A stretch of DNA of 64,000 nucleotides, from assembly GCF_009914755.1 (NCBI RefSeq), contig NC_060931.1. One strand, written 5' to 3'. Below, piece after piece: positions 56,056 through 64,000 of this stretch (within the stretch, counting starts at the first letter, position 1; each line of letters starts with the position of its first letter). Made by a program: the position numbers and the translations under genes. The notes beneath the pieces are model-generated. The model worked only from the letters and a program-made list of their open reading frames with translations, was not told where the DNA came from and ran no database searches. This stretch comes from the human T2T-CHM13v2.0 reference genome, Homo sapiens.

Positions 56056-57289
56056 GGTTTTGAGATTTAGATTAAAGGACATCTATGCTCATTAAAGAAT
56101 ACATTCATCACCAAATTAAAAAAAAGAAAGAGAGAGAGAAAGAATAAAACCATTTAGGTAACAGCACATCAACATAACCACTAATGAAGTGTGGTTATAT
56201 CTTCTTACAATCTATTTTCTCCGCATCGAACAGTTTATGCAAAACAGATAAATAACTTTGCCAGAAAGAGGATAACTATAAATTTGATAGGCACACACCT
56301 CCCAAATAATGTAGGAAGACTATTACCATGCAGACTTACTAAGTTTGACTTATATAATAAAATAATACAACAGAAAACCTCCAGCTAGCCTTCTAGATAG
56401 AGAAGAGTCACAGGGTTGCAAGCTGATGCTACCAATATATACAACATTGATTTATATTATAGGAGAAAGGGGATTTATTGCTTCACTGACATTGATTCTA
56501 GTGATAGCTTCAAAGAAAAATGAAGAGAATATAGTGTCCTTATAGTACAATCACTCCTAGTCAGTCAGCCCTAATTCATATTGACTGGAGTCACTGAGGC
56601 CATTTATTAGGTTTCTATACTTATTGTTTGAAGAACAGTTTTAATAAAAGAACAGTTTTATTAAAACTCAGGTAAATGGCAAAGATTTACATAAAGTTTT
56701 AAGAGATACAAATATGAAGAAAACACAGATTTGAAATTCATAATTAATAATATAAGAATTGGTAACTGGTTGTAATTTTTACCATGTTTAGCTTTAAAAA
56801 GAAGTGGAAAGGCTACTTTCCAGATTAAAAAAAGATTGCTAGCAAAATATTTATCCAGTCTTACGTTGCCATCTCACTTGACCTCTCAACAGAGAAGACT
56901 TGCTCAAGTTTAATCATTAATGGCTTGTGGTTTTAATAATAATAATAGTAACACTCTAATAATGGTAATATGAACAATGATAACTGTAATTTATCAATTT
57001 CTTCCTATGTTCTCTCCTTTGTGGCACTTCATTTTTCCACCAAACCATGTGAATTAAATACTGTTTTAACATTTTAAGGAAAAATTCCAGTGGCAAGTCC
57101 CAGGCAACATCTACTCTTGAAGAACTGGCCGTGCATGTGCCCAGATGGACAGAAGCAGTTTCTGGAAAGAGTAGCTAAGCACCCTGAAAGATTTTTCCAT
57201 GAGGTCCTCTTTTCCTTGGATCATAAACCAAAGATAATCCAGAGGTAAATTATTCAAACCACGTGTCTTTTCAAAATTCTTTTGCAGTT

Positions 57290-58110
57290 AAATTGATAAG
57301 ACATTTTACTATAGCTCTTTACATTTTCCAAGCTACTTTTGCTATATTTTGCCACAAGGCTTGAGGTAGATGAGTATTATCATCATTACATGGACGAAAA
57401 TGTACCTTGATCATTAAGAGTTATAGTGTCAGACTTCCTGAGTTTGTTCCCTGACTTATTCACTTAATAGTTATGTGCATTTAGACAAGTTGTGTACACC
57501 CCTCAATATTCTCATTATGAAGATAATGGAAGTAACTACATCATAGGTTTGATATGAATACTGAATGGAATAATACTAGTAAGGCATTTAGAACGTAGTA
57601 AGAGCTCAATGCATGTTAGCTCTTATAAAACCTATTTTACAGTTGAACAACCTGAGGCACAGAGTCCAAAGTCACAGATACAGTGTCAGGACCAAGAATT
57701 CATAGCACTGACTTTTCCTTCAACATTGTTGTTCTTCCCCACTTCTCATTCTAGCTGTCTCCAAACTTGACTTGGGGATCTCAAGGCAGGCCAAGGCCAA
57801 ATAGTTATTTCAAATGATCCTTAAGTTCATATAAAATAACAATAACAACAGTGCCTAACTTTTGTGGAGCACTTACTATGTGTTAATCACTGTGCTCAAT
57901 TCCTTACACATATTCTCTTATTTAATCCTCAAAATCCTACTTAGATGGATGTTATACTTCCTCCTTTTACAGACGAGCAAAGCAAGACCAAGAATAGGTA
58001 AGTGGTGAAGTAATTGCCAAAGAACACATAGCTACTTAGTTCTTAAGCCAAGAATCAAATTCAGGCAATACGGCTTCAAAGTTCAAGTCTTTACCATTTA
58101 CTTTTATCTA
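57290..58110. mobile_element. Cluster of MIR fragments in both orientations
   Basis: Plus MIR at about 57410-57625; minus MIR at about 57835-58110 (gagcacttactatgtg...ttttacagacgag...). Confidence 0.65.
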
Positions 58111-58639
58111 TTAACTAAATAAGTAAACTGCCATCATCTTATCACTAGCGTTCATCACACTTAAAAGCTGGACATACTACATTGCCCTCCACCATCTCAT
58201 CATCAAAGAATACCAAATGCAGTATGTTTTTGTAAGCAAACATTCCCACATATTTACAACACTGGCTAATGTAAGGAACCTATGTTCTCTATTTCCTTCT
58301 GGAGTGTGTAAGATAAACTATCACCATAAACCTAAGAGTACTCTCATTAAATGAAATTATTGTCTTTCATGCCTTAAATTAGAATGTGCCCCTCATCTAA
58401 GGTGTTAAAGTGCCATTTTCTTTGATTTTATGATTTTTTTCAGCATGTATATTTCTGAATTTTATTAAATATGTATAATTTATGATTATTTTGCTTTTAG
58501 GTTATAATTTGAAGAAACAAAATGAACATACACATTAAATCAACTGTAATGCAGAATATATTAAATTAGATGATATCCAAGATCCTGATACTAAGATAGT
58601 ATGCTTCACGGTTTAAATTCACATTATATATATAATGTG

Positions 58640-59240
58640 TATATATACCCCTATGGTTTAGAGGTTGAGAAGTTTTAAAGGTATCAAAGAATATTAATAA
58701 AGAATCTTCTGCTTCTTCCTTTCTTCTAACCACAAAATTCACCTTTTCTTCCCACAAGCAACATGTTAGGTTTTGTTTATCTTCCTAGATATATTTACAT
58801 ACATACAATAAAATACATTTATATATTTATATACCGATATCTCCCTCTCCCTGTTTTTATACTTATGTGCACTGTATGGCAGGATACTTCACAGAGAATC
58901 CTGTATCATGTTTTACTGTTAAGATTGCTCCTTATTGGTACTAAAGGGTTTCTTGTGTTATTATTATAGATGCATATTTTACTACTTTATTAATGAATAA
59001 TAATTTCAAATAGTCCTCCATTCATGGCCTTTAAGTTGTTGCTAATCTTACGTCATGACAAATAATGCTGCAAGGAATAATATTGCGTATACACCGATTC
59101 GCGTGTGTGAGTATATCATTTCAGTAGCACCAATTCCTAGAAGTGAAATGCCGGGTTAACGGGTATGTGTATTTGCAATTTTGATAGATATCTCCAAATT
59201 ACCTCCAAAGGAGTTGTTTCAATTCATAATCAATATTAAA
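58640..59240 (-). mobile_element. L1ME-like 3' fragment
   Basis: acaaataatgctgcaaggaata...aattcctagaagtgaaatgccggg...attttgatagata. Confidence 0.7.
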
Positions 59241-60025
59241 TAATGAAAGTGTATATACTGGGTTTTTCACTGATGCTAAGAGCGGGGGATATTAGTATTT
59301 ATGTTTAATGCTTAAATAAAGTTATACATTGCACATTCTGGTGATGTTGGCAGGTGTCTTGGCACCAAAGTTAAACAATATAACCCTGAATTGCAAACAT
59401 AATACACTCTCTATTAATGCACTAGTGATGAGAAAATAAATGTCTTTAACAGCTGCCTAGATTCTAAACAATAAATATAGACCCAAAAGTTCAATGCAGT
59501 TCTTGGAAGATAAGAATTAACCATCACAGAAGAACATATTTTTCAGCTGTAGAAAAATCCCACTGACTTCAGTGACTTTATTTCTGTAGAATGATTACTT
59601 TTTACAGGTAATTGACAAGGAAACTTGATTGCAATTTTCACCTTAAAAGCTTTAAAAAAATCTCAAACGGCAGAGTCTCTGCCAAAAACTTCTTGTAAAA
59701 TCAATTCTTCCACTTCTTGAGAACCTACTACATGGTCTGATTTCTTTATAAAGGTTGTGTAATGTAATGTGTCCAACAACTCTACGAGGTTGATGATACC
59801 AATCCAACTTTACGGGCCAAAAAACTGTGGCTCAGCAATATTAACTAGCTCAGATGACACAACTAACAAGTACTGGTAAGTAAAAAAAAAAAAAAAAAAA
59901 AAAAAAAGATCAAGATTTCCCACATGTACTGGTCAGAAATGAAGTAGAGAAAACATCCTTGAATGAATAAATTAAATGTGCGATAGGTATACGCCATCCT
60001 GTGGCTACCTAAACAAATGTCTTAC

Positions 60026-60131
60026 CTCAAAAGCAGATGACAATGAAGGGACAAGAGGCTTCAGGTGACCAAATCGGTACAGCATTAAGAACATCAAGCA
60101 ACGGAGAGTTTCCATAATAGCTGCCTTGGGT
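60026..60131 (-). ncRNA. Internal exon (106 nt) of an unidentified minus-strand transcript
   Basis: Near-consensus acceptor catttttatttcag| with an upstream ctaat branch-like motif; consensus donor GAG|gtaaga; more GC-rich than flanks; one open frame PKAAIMETLRCLMFLMLYRFGHLKPLVPSLSSAFE with no recognised homologue. Confidence 0.65.
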
Positions 60132-61270
60132 CTGAAATAAAATGTCATTAACATGCATTAGCTTTAAATATGCTCTTTATATGTTCACATGTTATAATTA
60201 ATATAAACTTCTCATTCTCAAGAAATACCTAGTATTTTAATATATTTGAAAAGCATGTCCCCTGAAGCTATTTGAAAACAGTGATTAAGAAAGAACACTC
60301 ATCTTTTTCGGGAAAATCTGTTCTTCATCAACATATTGCTTAGTTTGAGCACTGATGAGTTATGAAGTTTATTTTCAGCTAATAAATATTAGGCAACTAA
60401 ATTTCTAGGGTTTAAAGTAAGTGAGACTCTTTTCACTGATTTAATGTCTTCATACTTCATTCATTTAAAAAATGAGTAGTTAGGAGAACTGATATAGTTA
60501 ACTTCTCTAAAATAATGAGAAGTCAAATACCAAAATTTTATATTTATTTTTAAAACTACACTAGTTACATAATATATTGGTATTTTACCACTCTGTGGAA
60601 AATTCTTGAATTGAGTAAAAGTAAAAACAATGCAAGAATTTCACTTCTTGCCTTTGATCCAGAAGAAATCCAATGGAAGTCAAGGTCAGGATAATGAAGC
60701 AAACCCTCAGAAGGAGAGTAACTTGCGACAGTGCCTGTCAAACAAACACGGAGATCAATGGAGCCGTTAGAAGAATTGTTAAAAGGTACACGAACGGTTA
60801 AAGCTTACAAAACAGCCCAAATTTTATGTCCTGTTGCACCACTTGTCATTGACACTTTACAGAAAGCTTGACTACACAGAAAACATTTTGGTTTTCTTAA
60901 TGTCTTTCAGTTCCTTGTTGGACACTTGGAGAATTAGACAATTCCATAATGATATTTTGCTTAAAGTGTTCATCATCATTTAAAATTATCCTTTAAAGTT
61001 TTGACTTTTATAATTTTTTGAAGCATGTGAGTCCCCACATATGGATAAATTACTCACATTTTAATGTATAAATACTGTATTCTAATTAGCCATTTTTAGT
61101 ATAACAAAATCTTTGTGGTTTCAAATGCAAAGCTTTCTCTAATATAGAAAATATTTAAAGGAGACTGTGTTTATGAGTGAAAACATATATATAAAGGAGA
61201 TTACACATATACACTCATATTTGATTCAATCTACATGCTCATATATACATGTCAAAAGCTATCTTTTTAA

Positions 61271-61775
61271 CGCTTAAACATTAAGCATTAGTGTGCTCTT
61301 CATGTTAATATGGCAGAGTTTTGTAAACTAAATTAAAACTTACTGATATATTGGACTTTGAGCCAAGGGAAAGAATGAGTACTATCTTTCCAGGTATCTT
61401 AAGGGTAAAAGCTTATTCTAAGACAGTCTGTCCATTGAGATTATTAGATTTCTGACTTGCAAATATGCTTTGTGCTCCAGAAGAATTAGAGGAAAAGCAG
61501 ATACTAGAATTCTAATTTAAGTACATGTACGGCAGTCTTTTTTTATTGTTTAAAATTCTTTACATTCTGTATAAAAACTAATTCTTTTGGAAAAATGAAC
61601 CATTTACAGTTTGTTTTTGGACTCTCAGTCAAAGGACTTTCCTTTAAATATTTGTCTCAATTTTAGTCTGGTCTTTTGTACTTTTCTTTAGGAAAAATGA
61701 ATTAAAGGGTACAGTTGCATAAAGTGGGTTTTTATCCTAATGTACTGGAAATAAATGATAATTTTTTAAAAAAAA
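61271..61775 (+). pseudogene. Retroposed mRNA 3'-UTR fragment (probably from HNRNPA3)
   Basis: AATAAA at 61750-61755, short A tail, 17-bp degenerate TSD (61254-61270 vs 61771-61787, 14/17 identical); sequence recalled as resembling the HNRNPA3 distal 3' UTR (unverified). Confidence 0.6.
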
Positions 61776-61844
61776 TTATCTTTTGAATCATTGTAACAAA
61801 ACATTTTTGTCAGAATTATAAAATTAATATGCATTTAATTTATA

Positions 61845-62090
61845 TATTAAAATTTAATGTTTATTGAACATCTACTATTTTACAGCTTCTATGGCATGTG
61901 TTTCTTGTACTTTAATTTTGTTACATTCCCAATAACTTGGCAGAGTAGTTGTCATTATATCGGCTTTATTTTTAAAAAAACGCAAACAATCTGGGAAACA
62001 AAGGATTATCTAACTTTTTCCATCATTACACAGAAAGTAAATAACGCCTCTGAAACTCAAAATAGGCCTGCCTGATCACAAAGCATGATG
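61845..62090 (-). mobile_element. MIR fragment
   Basis: aatgtttattgaacatctactat...aactttttccatcattacacag...aactcaaaataggcctgcctga. Confidence 0.5.
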
Positions 62091-62969
62091 ACAGTAGAAT
62101 ACATATGAGCAATAGATTTAAAGGAGCTAATGGCAGAAGTCTAAATTGAGATTACATAGCCAAAGTTTAGAGCCAGGTGAATACGACTTCAGATTAAAAG
62201 TGGATCAGTAAATTCAAAGTATTGGACACAGTTCCTGGATGAGTTCCCTACTCACTGGTGGAGCTTAAGTTCCATCTTTATGAAAACCCAGAGGTGTGAT
62301 ACAACAGATTGGCTAAAATAGTGCCCAAAACATTATGCAAGCACTCTTTCCTTTGTTTCCCCTTGAAATGAATATAAGGAATTTCACCTATTAGCTAATA
62401 TCCTTACTTGCAACTCAACTGCATCTGTCCAAAGTTATACACAGTAAACAAAAGCCACCAGTCACAATTTTTGCTCACATGCAGTACTGTAGCTTCATAC
62501 CTTCTTAAAAACCAGCCCCATCTCTCACGGCCAACTTCCTGGAATGGCAGCCAGAATTGTCAAGAGATTTTAAACCCTCCAAAGCAATACTTTAGTGGAA
62601 GAGTATTGCTGAGTGGTCAAAAATCTGAATACAAAAGGATTAGAATGTTTAGGAATAGGGGCACAATGATAGGTATTAGATACAGGATGGGTGAGTCAGT
62701 GAAAGCCAGAATGTCTTAGACCAGAGCAAGAGAGTGCTATTAATATTTTGATATGTGAAGGTCGGCGATGTCCACTTAGGAAGAATGAGACCAAAAAAAA
62801 AAAAAAACCAGAAAAATATTTTCCTGGTGGTAGAAGTAACTAAGGTTTGTTACTTTGTTTGATTAAAATGGCATCTCTCACTATATTGCTTCATTGTGGT
62901 TTTGGCGGGGAAAAATTTACATATAAGGGAGAAATGATTTGTGTCAAAATCTGTAGTATGATTGCAAAT

Positions 62970-63180
62970 GCTCTTTAAGAACACAGAATTTGTTTTTCAA
63001 ACCTATCACCCATGTAAACATGAGCAAATTATTTGACATTTTAAAGCCTCAGCTATGCGTTTGGTACATTTGAAATAAAATACGCGTTTGGCAAGGACTG
63101 TAATCTTATTAAATACTTAAAAGAGTGTTTGGCACAGAGTAAAAAAGTCAATTGATGGTCATGGTTAGTATTATTGTTAC
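62970..63180 (+). mobile_element. MIR fragment
   Basis: tgagcaaattatttgacattttaaagcctcag...agagtgtttggcacagagtaa. Confidence 0.5.
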
Positions 63181-63329
63181 TATGTTCAGGAGCTTAGGCT
63201 AATCTTAATTACAATAAGATGAGCAACTGAGAAGCATAAATAGAAGTTCTAATTAGCTCTTCCAGATGTCACAGGAAACTCACAGATGAAATAAGTACAT
63301 GTATTTACTTTGGTTAGGAAATCTATGAT

Positions 63330-64000
63330 CCCTGGACAATACAAATAACTCTTTACCAAACTGCATCCTGACTACTGGACTCAGAGTGGAAACCAACTTG
63401 ATGCAGGAATCCACCACCTAGTCAACATCTCTAACTGGTGAACGGGCAACTGAAACTTGGCATGACTAAAACACTGCCTTTGAGCTCCTCCTCTACAACA
63501 TATATTCACTAGTTTTCTTCATCTTAGAAAATGATACCTCCTAGCCTTCTGTTACTGAAGACAAAAACCTGTGGCTGGTCCTTAACTTTTTCTGTCACTG
63601 TCTACTTCTAATATATCAAGAGATATATTTAAAATATATCCAGAATAAAAGCATGTGTTACAAACAGCACAATTAATACCCTATTCCACCCCAAGATGAT
63701 CTCCCCAACAATTGTTGAAATACTCCCCTAACTGGTCTTCCTACTTCTAAAATTGCCTGTCCACCTACCACAGCCCCCAACCCACAGCATGCAGAGTGAT
63801 CCTTTTAAGCTTATGTGAGATCATGTCACACATGTTCTAAACCCTCCAGGGGCTCACTCAGAATAAAGCTCAAAGTCATCACTCTAGCCCAAATACGCCA
63901 TACCCCACTATTAATCCCTAGTGTTCTCTCTTTAACTCAACATAAGCCATGCCAGAAATTTTCCTGTTCCTGGACATGACAAACATTTTCCCCACTCAAG
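63330..64000 (+). mobile_element. L2 fragment (continues past the window end)
   Basis: caacatctctaactgg...aactgaaacttggcatgactaaaac...taactggtcttcctacttc...agagtgatccttttaa. Confidence 0.7.

Noticed and set aside
60026-60131. Assigning a gene symbol to the minus-strand exon
   Set aside because: I do not recognise the sequence or peptide with enough confidence

Overview
AT-rich primate (most likely human) genomic DNA, judged from AluJ/AluS/AluY, L1PA and THE1 elements. It reads as intronic or intergenic sequence, with no bacterial-type features and no convincing protein-coding ORF; the longer ORFs in the track come from microsatellites or repeats. Much of the window is interspersed repeat: Alu, MIR, L1, L2, MaLR/ERVL LTRs and Tigger/Charlie DNA transposons. 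All repeat family names were recognised by eye from remembered consensus sequences, not from a search. Non-repeat signals: (1) a chain of minus-strand exon candidates (60026-60131, about 47241-47286, 30223-30279, 29971-30039, and a terminal exon from 10814 inside an ERVL solo LTR), suggesting a spliced lncRNA or 5'-UTR-type transcript that I cannot name; (2) a CpG-enriched promoter/enhancer-like island at about 46.7-47.7 kb; (3) a THE1 element with an internal inversion and a missing 3' part; (4) a retroposed mRNA 3'-UTR fragment with target-site duplications (TSDs), probably from HNRNPA3; (5) several inverted or tandem duplications and a CpG-rich minisatellite prone to Z-DNA. I found no clear novel multi-gene system; the best leads are the LTR-wired transcript and its short ORFs.
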